DNA of 51,319 nucleotides from Girardia tigrina (Eukaryota), in the NCBI GenBank assembly GCA_001938485.1, contig MQRK01241303.1:1-51319 (forward strand). The letters run 5' to 3'. Below the pieces are notes generated by a model. That model did not search any database and was not told the DNA's origin. It worked only from the letters and a program-made list of their open reading frames with translations. Positions 39,546 to 51,319 of this stretch are shown one piece after another (within the stretch, counting starts at the first letter, position 1; each line of letters starts with the position of its first letter). A program made the position numbers and the translations under genes.

Positions 39546-40269
39546 ACTCTGTATTATATAATATTATTGACCTGAGTCGTCCTGTTTGTGGCGGCAACTG
39601 ATATAAAAACCGGTTTAACCGGTCACCGGGTTGGCGGTTCCGCTTGTGGGGCGTCCGCGGGACTCTCGATTAGTGCGGACCAAATTCTATCAGTGATTTG
39701 TTGACTTGAAACCATCGAGTAAACGGAATGAATCGAGATCAATTGAATCGAATTTTGTTTTTTAAAAAGAAATCAACATAAATAAATATATATATATATA
39801 TATATATATAAAATAAATAATATATATTTAAACAATAATATTTGAATCCCAAACAGCTACTATCAAATTTTTGTTGATTAGCCCATAAATCGAAATGGTA
39901 TTCATATTGATTAGATAATGTGGTCCTCCAGATAAATGACCCATTTTTCGCTTTTCAGACTTATTCGGTTCGAGTTAAAAAGTATAATTTTTTTAACCGT
40001 TCAGATCGAAAAATTAACAAAAATGATCAAAACTCCAAGTCTTCACAACAATTTGAAGCGTTCAAAAATATATTCACTGTCGTTCAAAAGGTTGCACGAG
40101 TTGAAAAAAGTACTATTTTATTATTTTAACGACATAAAATCAATTTTTTATAAAATTCAATTAAAATTAAATAAAATAACTATTTTTACCATTATTTTAA
40201 ACAAATCTACAATAATTTAGTAATTAAAATATGAAAAGACAATTTTTATATTAATGTTTTTTCATCAAA

Positions 40270-41000
40270 ATGACCACTTTAATGATGGCTTAAAATAATT
40301 TTGGTATTCTTTCAACAACCTTTTAAAGTTTTTCTATTCGAAGATTGTTTCATACAGTTTGTAAACATTGAAATTCACTTGATAGTCGCATCATTTTGAC
40401 TTGACGATCGAACTCATCCCATAGCAATTCAATTATATTGACATCAAGTGATTGAGGTGGCTGCTCCATTATTCTCAGCAGTCGATCATCCTCACATTCG
40501 GGCTTCTAATGTTCACCTGATTTTCTACGAACAAATTGTCCTCTTCATTAAAAAAAAATTAAGTCCAAACACAGATTTCTTTTGATCTGTTGTTCAATAT
40601 TCGTATCTTGTAGCAAAACTAAACGTTTTTGTTTATTTACATAACGAATGATATGTTTTTTTCGCAGCTTTCTTTCCAAATTGACCTTTTTAAGCAATCG
40701 ACGTTTCACTGCTGAAAGTGATATAGGGTCCGGTAATGATATATTGATTTCAGTTACAATATGAGTTGCAGTTTTGAATAGATCTCCATTGCTTTTATTC
40801 AAATTTCGGCAATCGTCATTTTTATTTGTTTTTGGTGCTCTGCGAGAAAGTTTTCAATCACCATTCGATCCAATTTGATGTTATCGAATCAAACAACCTT
40901 GCATTAAAATTCTTGCAATTTCACAATTTGATTTGCCAGTCTATTTAGAAATAACAATCTGAGCTCTTTTCTCAATAGACATTCGTCTTGTTGGTGCCAT
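40270..41000 (-). mobile_element. Decayed Tc1-family transposase
   Basis: MAPTRRMSIEKRAQIV start, SAVKRRL, and PPQSLDVNIIELLW (SPDLNPIENLW motif). Confidence 0.8.
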
Positions 41001-41517
41001 TTTCAACTAAAAAATAAAATTTAAAATAAGAAAAATAAATAACAAAAAATAAGGAATTTAAACAAAAAATAAAATTAGTTTCAGTATTGTTGTAACAATA
41101 CTATAAAATGACACAATAGTAAGTGTTATAGTAGGGCCGAATTAAATGGCACTTTAAAATTTAGTTTATGAGTAGGTCAAGGTCCAATCTAATATTCTCT
41201 AGTTACTAATTTATTGTAGTATGATTTTTTTACACCATCTATTTGTACAACGTATCTGTTTATTGTGTTTTTCATGTAAAAATGGTTTATGGTAAAGTGT
41301 GTATATTTGTTGTATGACGATCATGTGTTCAGACTTTTATGTGGAATTTTATCTATTGATCTGTATGTTGTATGTGCATCATAATTAAAATTATAATCTT
41401 ATTTATTTCAAATTATCATATTCCTTATTTATCATTAATCATTATATATTATTATTCGTAGTAAATTATTATTCTTTATTAATATATCTGTATTTATATT
41501 TATATTAAACATGTTTA

Positions 41518-42880
41518 CAGGGTTTTTCATAAATATAACGACAGTTTTCATAAATAATTGGATAGTTTTCATAAATAAACGGACAAATTTTCATAAAAAA
41601 TAAAAATAATTAAAAATTAATTTTTAAAATCAGGAAACAAACAATAAAAATTCTAGTATATAAACCTTTCGATATATTTTTTTGAATTTATTACAAGATC
41701 GATAGAAAGTATACAATTTTTCAAATACAATAAAAATGGAAAATCAAAATACAAATACTCACGATCAACGCAAACAGAATAGTAATGGCGAATAGTTTAC
41801 CACAATGGCGGAAGCAGTTAATTATCGACGAAGGTTCCACCAGATGCAAGCTCTGTCGGCATAGTTGCAGTGCGAATTATAGATTTGGCTCAAATGGCTT
41901 CTAGGCCTCAATTAGATGAATGTAGGGGAAAAGCATACGTCGGTGATAATGGCACTTGAATGCACGGATAATTCCAGTTTCCATAGGTTCAATTTGAGAG
42001 GTGGTATTGGGCGGGCGGAAGAGGAGTTTGACTGATTTCAAATTAGTTATGTCAGAATTGGCCGGGTAATTGTCAACGATGAGGATCATTTATCTCTTTT
42101 GAATTGTTATTGTTCGGTCGAAATTTCGAACAAAGGTCTCAAACAATGAACTCACCGTCCATGCTATCTTATTAGCTTTGTACTCCACTGGAAGTAGTTG
42201 AATTCCTTTAAAACATCGGGGTTTTGATGACTTTCCTATGACAAGCAATGGATGCTTGTCTGTGCCATCCACATTGGCACAAAGAAGCACAGTAATCCTC
42301 TGCTTCTTGGCTTTCTCACCAACGTATTTTTCTCCTTTAAATGTGAGAGTTGACAATGGTAATAACTGCCACAAAAGACCGGTCTCATCGGATTTATATA
42401 TTTCAGAGGGAGAATATTCACTAAGAAGAACTGGAATAGCACTTTGATTAAACGCAGCAACACCAAGTTGATCACCACTTATAACTTTTCACAATGGAAT
42501 GCCGTGTTTTGAATCGTTCCAGCCAGGCTTTGTTACAACTGAAATCATTCATTCTCAGCTGTGCTGCAAAATCATTAGCTTTCTTCAATAGAACATCCGT
42601 AGAAATGGAGTTTTGATTTAATCTCATTTGCTGAAACCATAAAAGAAGACACTGATCCAGTTCAGAATAGGTGCATTGTCTCATACGCTTCCAATCTGGT
42701 GTGACACTTTCAAGAGCAGACATGATTTTAGTTTCTTCTTTTACCCAACTGTTGAGCGTGGCATTTTGAACTAATCACACACTTAAAAATTTTAACGTAA
42801 AATTTTTAACGCCGGCCTTGATTTTTTATGGCTTGTGCTTTCACGTCAAGAGAATTTGAAGAATAACTGTTTCGCTTCAT
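41518..42880 (-). mobile_element. Decayed Tigger/pogo element
   Basis: ORF pieces 41901-42880 (WLERFKTRH, DETGLLW, KQRITVLLCAN, PPNTTS..EPME). Four ~21-bp TTTCATAAA repeats at 41518-41600 may be its subterminal repeats; left boundary uncertain. Confidence 0.85.
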
Positions 42881-43163
42881 GTCTGACAGAAAGAATGAAT
42901 ACTTTTAATCAAATGAGGCAAGGGTAGTGTTTGATTGTAAAAAATGAGGAAACAAAAGAAAAACCGAAAAAAATCTTGAAAAGAAAAAAAATGAAGTTAA
43001 TCGGCTAATTCAATTAAAAATAAAAAATCAACAGAATTGGAGAAATTAATTCAAATCGAAAAAAATAAGTTTCTCGAGCAAGATAAATCCACAAAAATTG
43101 AAATGGAAACTCAAATAAAGAAATTTTATGAAAAATTGATTATTTCTCGTTTGTTTATTTTAA

Positions 43164-43368
43164 CCCTTTCCTGGCTGAATTAAGAATACACTGAAATGTA
43201 GTAAAATATATGCGAAAGCAGTAAAGTAATTAGAGTAAAAATTTAATTGACAACAAATATATCTTCTTATCGATCTAAATAAAAAATGTTATCCCTATTC
43301 ATTCATAGATGGCTATACAAGTCTGATATATATTATGATTCCATATGGCATCAATAGTCAGTAAAGGG
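43164..43368. mobile_element. piggyBac-type MITE
   Basis: TTAA TSD on both sides (43160-43163, 43369-43372); TIR CCCTTTCCTGGCT / AGTCAGTAAAGGG. Confidence 0.8.
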
Positions 43369-43516
43369 TTAATTTAAATTTTCGCGGCAACAATTTGAAA
43401 AATGTGTAATTTTAATTAAATAATTTATTTATCGATCGATCAATTAAATATCGAAACTGTTACTATGTTTCAAATTTGCATGGATTTAAACTTAAAAAAC
43501 ATTATCAACTCCGGAT

Positions 43517-43837
43517 TTGCTTTCTCGGATCGAAAAAATAATCAAAGAAAATCGAGATGAAAATAATATGGAATTCTTGATTACAAAGATAATTCTGCCT
43601 AAAAATGACAGATTGTTTAATGAATATGAAAGTGAAATATTGTGCACAAAACTTATGAAATATCAATTGGCATTAAATAATCGTCGAAACAAAGAATATT
43701 ACAGAAAATATAATCTTAATAAAAATAAAATTCAGGAGTCGGATAATACTTCTTATAAAGAAAATATTGGAAACTCTAACAATGGTTTTATCGGATTTAT
43801 CCAAAACAAAATTCCAGCAACAAAGATTGATTTGTGA
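43517..43837 (+). mobile_element. Possible Penelope ORF N-terminal fragment
   Basis: NNMEFLITKIILPK resembles the PLE N-terminal FL..C...IPK motif; weak. Confidence 0.35.
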
Positions 43838-44631
43838 ACATGACTTTCCATATACTTGTTGGGGGTTATTCGATTTGTTGATTCCATATTTAAGACTCTT
43901 TCAATATCCTTAGATTGATTCTTGATTTTATCTTTGCCTTTGTGATTGATCTGTGAGTTTGGTTTGTTAAAAACGATTTAAATGATTAACTGTTTTGTGA
44001 TTGTATCCGACCACAACTGTCGTTTTTGTTCTAAAATCTATGACTGATTTATGTCAATATTCGAATGATTTTATTTCATTTATTGATGAAAAATTTAAAC
44101 CAAAAATATCGATTTATGAATGTAATTACTTTTATATTGATTCAATGCGACTTTTGGTTAAAAAAAATTAATCAAAATTGTCAAAATGGCAGATGAGTTG
44201 AATCGAATTTTGTGCGTTTTTTGCGAGTTTTCTGTTCGGACTTTTGATTGGGCAGTTATTTTTGGTAATACAATTATTATTATTCGATATGATATTATTC
44301 GATTTGTTTAAATTGATTAAATAAAAATTACTTGCACGAAAAAGTTTTATAATTGTATGATTTGAAAGTCGCCGTTTTTTGTAAAAAGTTGAAATGAATA
44401 ATAATAATATGAATTAAATTTTTATTCCCACATTATTTTCTCACAATATTCTCCCTCGGCAATTCATTCTAAAAACTGATTAATAAAAAAAACTAAAAAC
44501 TGATATCGTAAATAATTTAAACTATCCTATAAAGAATTAAATTTTCATTCCCACTTTTTAAAAGAAAAATAAAGTTTCGCGGAGATTTTCTTTATTTGAT
44601 TCAAAGTTAAATTGATTAAAACGTTAAAAAT

Positions 44632-45252
44632 ATGAATGTCGGCAAAGCGATAATAGAGGGAAAGACGAAGATCGTTTGTGAAATGCCAGATTCTGACGTT
44701 TTGTGTTTGATTGAGTCCAAAGACAGAGTAACCGCCGGTGACGGTATGAGGAGCCACTCGATGAGGGGAAAGTGGCGATTAGTGCGAAAACTTCTAATCA
44801 TATTTTCGAATTGTTATTTTTTGCTGATATAAAAAGTCATTTTATTAAGCAACATTCCAATACAAGTTTTATTGCTAAAAGACGTTATATGATTCCGATT
44901 GAGTGGGTCAGGAGAAGGATCGCTTTGGGATGCTTTCTAAAGAAAAAGATCGATATTCTGGAGTGTTATGAAATTTGTCTGTTTAAACGAGAAACGTTTT
45001 TCAAAGATGATACCAATCACGATCCGCGATGGTCATATAAGCAGTTAGTTGCGGTTGAACTGAAGATCGGACCGAAGCAACGGATTATAACAGAGAGAGA
45101 TATTCAATTAATGTCGGGCATGACAATCGCGATTTTTGAAATTGCGTAAAAGATTTGGAGTAGTTTAAATTGTCAATTAATCGATATGAAGTTTGAATTC
45201 GGCGTTTATGTGAAAGGAGAAATCATATTGGTTGACATCCTTGATAGCTTCG
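44632..45252 (+). pseudogene. PAICS: PAICS (SAICAR synthetase domain) pseudogene, intronless
   Basis: EGKTK, SKDRVTAGDG, MIPIEWVRRRIALG, FFKDD..HDPRWS, LIDMKFEFG; frameshift near 44770, stop at 45147-45149; AIR carboxylase half absent. Confidence 0.93.
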
Positions 45253-45799
45253 ATCTTTGAGCGCCCGTGTCCGGCAGATCATTTCCCAATACCAACGCAC
45301 CGCGGCCTCCACACAGCGCCCGTTCTCGCACCACCAGGTAGTGTTGTTATTGAATAACAACTGTCTAAAAAATGGAATGAATAAGGTTAATGAAACCCCT
45401 TCTTTATTCATTCAATTAAAATCTTTCTTTAAATTTTTAATTTTAAAATTTTTTTGAAATTTAAAGATTTCAAATAAATTAAAATAAATAGTAAATAAAT
45501 AAATTAATAATAAATAATAAACATGTGTTAATATAGAATATTAACAGGTAGGTATCTGAAGTGGTTGAGGAGGGAAATCATTCCTGTCGTTTTTTTCTAT
45601 TGGCCTGTAAGGAAAAGCTAAAACTACGCTTAATAATCTTTATTTTAAAATAAAACTGTCTTTTTAAAATTTACACTGATTTAAAATATTCAAACAAAAT
45701 TAATATCCACAATAATTATTTGTTTTTTAATAGTTTTTTTATTTAGTTATAAGCATATTCTTGAACCATTGTTATTTGATATTTTAGATTACTTATTTA

Positions 45800-47450
45800 A
45801 TTATAAATTTATTTTACTTTTGTTAATTATATCTAACATTCGCTCCTTCTTAAAATGCTTCAACCACTCAATGTTTCTTGTAATTATTTTACCATCTCGA
45901 CCCTCTAGTATATGGCTTCATTCATCGACGTGGTTAAATAGTCTCGTATCTTTCTGAACTGTCTTTCTATCATCCATTCTCACTATGGTAATAAGAACTG
46001 GAGAATATTAAATTAATTTTATGTTGTTCTGAAAACTGTTGCATTAATCTCGATCGGAACGCCTTGCCACAATCTACATGTATTGAACGGAGTGCTCCAA
46101 ATTTTAAAATCCAATTCCTCAACAATACGATCATTACTGTATGTTCATCTTGTTTAGCCACAGCATGTAAAATTATATCGGCTAAACTGATCGATAATCG
46201 CCAGTATACATCTCTTTCCCCGTTACACCTGTTTAAAAGGTCCGCAAAAATCAACAAAAATATTCTCAAATGGTACTTCTGCATTTGTTTTAGTATCTTT
46301 TCCTTCGATTTCGTCGTCATGGTTTTGCATTTTTGACATACTTTGCAGTTTTCGACAAAATTCTTAGTGTTCTCACTCATTCTTTGTATATCGATTTTTT
46401 TAAATATAATCGTCCACTTTTTTACTGTCCGCACGACAAAGTAATTTATGTATTTCAATTTCAAAATCTCTGTTTCTATCTTCTGGGATCCATATTTTAT
46501 CTTCTGCTGTTAAGACGATACCATTTTCTATCTTGAAGTTTTGGGAGTTCTGTTTTGAACTGTTTCAGTTATCTTTATAATTTCTTCACTATCACATTGC
46601 CATTTGCACCCGTCTGATTCTGTCATAAGAGTTAGGATTTTCGGCTTTAATTTTCCCTGTTTAGTGTTTTCATATCTCATTTGGCTCGAAAGAGCTAAAG
46701 AGTAATTTCTTTTTATTCGATCCGCACAAACTTTCTAGACTTTTGGAGTAATCCTTGATGAACTGTCTATATTAATTGCACAAACCCAGGAAACTCCGTA
46801 GATTTTAAATACATTTTGGTCTTTCGATACTAATAATCGTGTCGATTTTAGATTGGTCTGTAGCGTTAATTATGTAGCCAAGATATTTTATTTCTTCTTT
46901 CATAAAATAACATTTTTCTGGGTTTATTCGTAAACCCGTCATTTTGATATTATGGAAAACTATCTATTCTTCACAAGTGTTCTTCAATTGTCTCTGAAAA
47001 GATTAAGATGCCATCGAGGTATACCATCGCTTCTTTCAAATTAAGGTTCACCAACACAACAGTCATCAACTTTTGTAATGTTGAAGGGGCGGCTGCAATC
47101 CCAAATGGCATCCACATGAAGCAGAATTGTTCTGATCTCGTCGAAAATGCTGTCTTTTCCTGATATTCCTCGTCGAGTTCCACTTGATAATACGCATTAC
47201 CAAGGTCTATTGTGCTGAAATATTTTGCACTATTAAGAGTATCTAACATTTCCTAAATATTCGGAATTGGGAATACAGGCCTATATGTTATTTCGTTAAG
47301 TTTCCAGAAATCTAAACATAATATCCTTTATTCTTTTTTTAGTACACACACCATGGGTGTGTTCTAAGCTGACTGACATCTCCGAATCACACCGTTCCGT
47401 TCTAATTTTTTTATAAAATCATCGATTTTTGCTTCCAAATGTACCGGTTG
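45800..47450 (-). mobile_element. Decayed Ty3/Gypsy pol (RT and integrase; RNase H largely deleted)
   Basis: FSTIDLGNAYYQV, MPFG, YLDG; integrase CKVCQ, HVDCG, SENG. Confidence 0.9.
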
Positions 47451-48379
47451 TTGAATATGATCTCTTTTGATATGTCTGAACACTAGTGGATAAATCTGTT
47501 TGTTCGTGTGATACCTCAGTTAAAAGAAAATATAATTTTTTTTAATATTACTTATATTTATTTTAAATCCACATATTCTTTTTAATATATGAAAATTCTG
47601 TTATAAAAATCAATATTAATATTATTTATTTTCATTATTTGTATCATCCACTCGATATTCGCTTATCTAAAAAAAGAAAAAAATGGAAAAACAAAAGCAT
47701 TTCTAAACTTAGATTTAAAAAATTAGGTCACGATAAATCGGATGAAACATACAAAATTTAAGAGAATACTTTAAATATTAATTAAACGAGATAGACCACG
47801 GACTCTTTCTTTCGATTATATCGATTCATGTGGTCTATACATCTAAAATGACAATTCATTTTCGTCGTCGCTTCCATTGTATAATAATGTAATATTCAAT
47901 TCCATTTAGTGAAATTAAGATTTAAAAGAAAAATTTCAAAATATTGGAATTTCAATGAAAGAATATTCAAACAAATTTTTTTTGGGTTATCGGAATAAAT
48001 TTATATTCTACAAAGAATTATTTCTTTTTAGTTAACAAACGGATTTTTTTATGGGAAAATTTCATATATCTTGTTCATATGCCAATATGGTATTTTTTAG
48101 AAAATCTAAATGCTCCAGATTTATCAGTTGCTATGATTTTCGATGACAAAATTCGTTATGAAATGTAAAAAATTCTGCAGACACAAAAATCCAAATTCTA
48201 CATTGGATCTTATATGTTATTAAACTTTTTGGAAATTTATGTTAAAAGGAACATTAAAATGATAACAAATTATGAAGTATCGTGATATCTAAAAACAAAT
48301 ACACAAATAAAAAAAATTAAAAAAAAATCAATGAACAATTTATGAACAATACAAATTGCAATATGAAGAAATTTTGAAT

Positions 48380-49570
48380 AGTGATATTCCTATCTCAATT
48401 TGAAACGATTTCCGGTATTCATCCAAATTTTTCAAATAATATTTATAATTTATTCCCGATCCTTAATTGATCAATCCATATATCCAGTATCAGGTATTCC
48501 AGAAATGCCAGATCAATTCCTGTACTCTTCGAAAACTCAACCTCAGCGAAGCTGCATTCGACAGCTCCAAGTTTGGCATCCTTGTCTCAAATCCTGCCCT
48601 CAAGAAACAATTCGGAGTAAAAACGTTTTCATCTCTTGCATCATGACTGATTCGAAAAATTGGCCGCGCATTATAAATTCCTTCCGCTTGTACTTCAACC
48701 GTATTAAGTTCTTCATCAGTTAGGTCGGCATCTTTTAAAATATCTCACAAGGCTCTTTTCACCAGTTTCACCATAACCTCATATACTCCGTTGACATGTG
48801 GTGTTGCTGATGGATTAAATAACCAGCATATTCCAGAATTTCCCTTTGAACAGCCATCTCTATATGATTTCTCCACAACGTCTTTCAAAGTCTTTAAGAC
48901 TCCGACAAAATTCGATCCATTATCCGATACAACCAGACTCAGTTTTCCTCTTCTTCCGATCATTCTTATGAGAACTCTTACGAAAGCATCCCTTTCCAAA
49001 TTTTGAACTACTTCCAGATTTACCGCTTTGGTCTGTAAACAGCTGAAAACGTAGATATATATCTTATCTCTAACCTTTCCTCGTCCCACTTTTACTTTAA
49101 CCGGTCCTGCGTAATCAACAGCCACATTTTCGAAGGGCCTCTCCCGCTCTACAACTGAAAGAAGAAAGTGGTGCCATAATTTGATTTTCCTTTTGCATTC
49201 TTTCTCCGACAATACAGACACTCTTTCATATACCTTCTTAAAACTCCTCAAACGCATTCAATCCAAACATAACTGGCTCCATTTCATAAGTGACTAACTC
49301 TCCCGATCTTCAAAGAAACTTCAGATATTTACGATCCTCCTGTTTCACTTTGATTTGCATATACATCTCAGCAATATCACTCACTAAGGCTACTTTATGT
49401 TTTCGAAGGACTTCCATGATATCTCGTTGTAACTTTGGTCCGGTTTATAAGAAATCGTTTAGACTAGAGCCCATAACCTTTGCCGAAACATCAAACACTA
49501 GTCGCATTTTCGTGGTTTCTTTGTCTCTTTTGATCACTGGGAAATGTGGAACCCACCATTTTGTCTATAG
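48380..49570 (-). mobile_element. BEL/Pao remnant (RT fragment fused to integrase)
   Basis: PHFPV..TTKMRLVFDVSAK..SLNDFLYTGP..DIAEMYMQI; integrase VDYAGP, SDNGSNF, WLFNP..PHVNGVYE, LTDEELNT..NARP. Confidence 0.92.
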
Positions 49571-49789
49571 CATTTCCGTATTGTTCAATCTTTTAATATA
49601 ATATTAATAAAGTCACCATACGCTTTTTACTTTTGTAAATATTTTGCATACAACAGCCTCATCATTTTCACTTAATGTAAATACTCCTACTTTTGCCTTT
49701 TGTTGTTTTCTGACAACGGCATAATATTTTCAACAATTTCTGACAGCTAGTCTATTTTAAAAGCAGAACATGATTTTTTTCTGAAGCAA

Positions 49790-50770
49790 TACTGTTTTAT
49801 TTAAAATAATCAGTTATCTTTTTGAATTTTTTTGACTTTTGTTCATCAAAGAAAAACGTTTTAATATTTTTTAAACCTTCCAACAGTTCATTTTTCCTCT
49901 TTATATCTCGCTCGACTACATTGTCCATAACATAATTCTTTATATTTATATGACATTTTATGATATCAGAAATATTATTCTTATTCATATTTGGAATAAA
50001 TTCATTGCTGTTTAATGTATTTCCAGTTTCACCAACTTCATTTATATAAATGTCCTCTTGATTTATACATTCAATTACTTTGATCTCCCATTCTATATTA
50101 TCTAATAAATAAATAATTTAAAATATATTCAAACATCAACAATTCCTCTATAAATACTGAATCATTTGGATTTATTTCATGTATTACTGAAATAATTTCG
50201 TTTTCATCTTCATCAATTAATTCTTTTGTCCCTGAAGTTTGCATTTCTGAAATAGTATATCGAGCTTGTCTCCAGCAATTTTTAATAACATCTTCTTTAA
50301 CAGCACTCCAAGCCCAACTAGGCATTAAATTAAATTTTTAATAGTAAGAGCCTTGTATATTTACTCAGATCTTACTATATTATCAATATTAAGAGCTATA
50401 TTTTTAAATGGTATGAAAAAAATTTTGATTTACAACTTCTGATTATTCCATGTAATAAGTGTAGAATTTTTTGATAAAAGAATAATTTTAAAATTTTGTG
50501 ATGTATATGTCAATTTGTGAGATGGACAATCATCAAAAATTAACAATATTATTTTTAACTTTCATTTTTTTCATCTCAATGTAATATCCACCGATTGAAA
50601 ATAACTTTCATCATTCATGCAGTTTCATTATTTTTATACTGACAAAAATTCTTGAAATCAAAATTTTTTAAAGCTCTTGGTTGTTTATATTTTTCAATAA
50701 CCAATGGTGTTAATTTTTGTGTTCCACTTTTATTACTAAATAATAATATGCGAAGTGTATATTTATATGC
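49790..50770 (-). mobile_element. Decayed Tigger/pogo 3' half
   Basis: SNKSGTQKLTPLVI..QPRALKN, AWSAVKEDVIKNCW, C-terminal KITDYFK. Confidence 0.75.
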
Positions 50771-51319
50771 CTCCTCTGACTGGACGGATAACTGATTACC
50801 GTAGAAACTACAGTACCAGCATTGGTTAACAGGGTAGTGAGCCATAGAATATCGGCTAGAAACAACCAAAAGACAATACAAAGCCTACTGGCTTTCTCAC
50901 ACGGCTTTAGGTGCAAGAATGCGAGCTTTCAGAGATCGGGAACGCCTCGGCTTCTCAGCCAGAAAGAATCAGTCATGATCAATCTTACCGGGATTCTGTA
51001 GAGCTTTGGCTATGTAACACATTTTGTAAAATGAATAAAGGGACACCAAAATATCCTAACATCAGTTGTATTACTTAACTGAAAGTCGAGAACCACTCCT
51101 GGAATCACTTCTGAGACCTCCGCAGTACCGTCGACAGGCACTGACACTTTCGAGCGATCCCAGTATTCTATGTACCGTCTTTTTGGTTTGTAGCATCTGA
51201 TACGGTCGAAATTCGTCCCTCATATAAAATAAACATAACAAAAAGAAAAACAGAAGTAAATAACAGAAAAAGCAAAACAATACATTTATTAAAAAAGAAA
51301 AAACCGAAAATGTCACAGG

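Noticed and set aside
47791-47838. Hairpin with ATGA...GAAA...TC on the minus strand
   Set aside because: Lacks the CUG of the hammerhead core and has no stem III.
48690-48720. Minus-strand CTGATGA
   Set aside because: Lies in BEL integrase coding sequence (LTDEELNT); no GAAA.

Overview
AT-rich, gapped eukaryotic (invertebrate metazoan) genomic scaffold. The repeat content resembles flatworm/planarian DNA, but the species cannot be fixed from sequence. Positions 1-15.6 kb hold the first three coding exons of a minus-strand CYFIP/Sra-1 gene; the ORF track shows exon 1 only as an unnamed ORF and misses exons 2-3. Its introns are filled with nested TEs: Penelope-like elements, a Ty3/Gypsy remnant, a Tigger/pogo carrying a Helitron, a Merlin fragment and a 22-bp satellite. 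The rest is a TE graveyard (RLE non-LTR, two Gypsy, BEL/Pao, three more pogo, mariner, Tc1, MITEs) mixed with broken host-gene fragments (WDR33, ERM/moesin, PAICS). The most notable signals are non-coding: (1) a 307-bp TSD-flanked insertion that starts with a complete HDV-like ribozyme fold; (2) minimal hammerhead ribozymes in both arms of an inverted-pLTR Penelope; (3) an LTR end followed by 12 nt complementary to the 5' end of tRNA-Lys rather than a TGG-type PBS. All family assignments come from motif recognition by eye; no searches were run.
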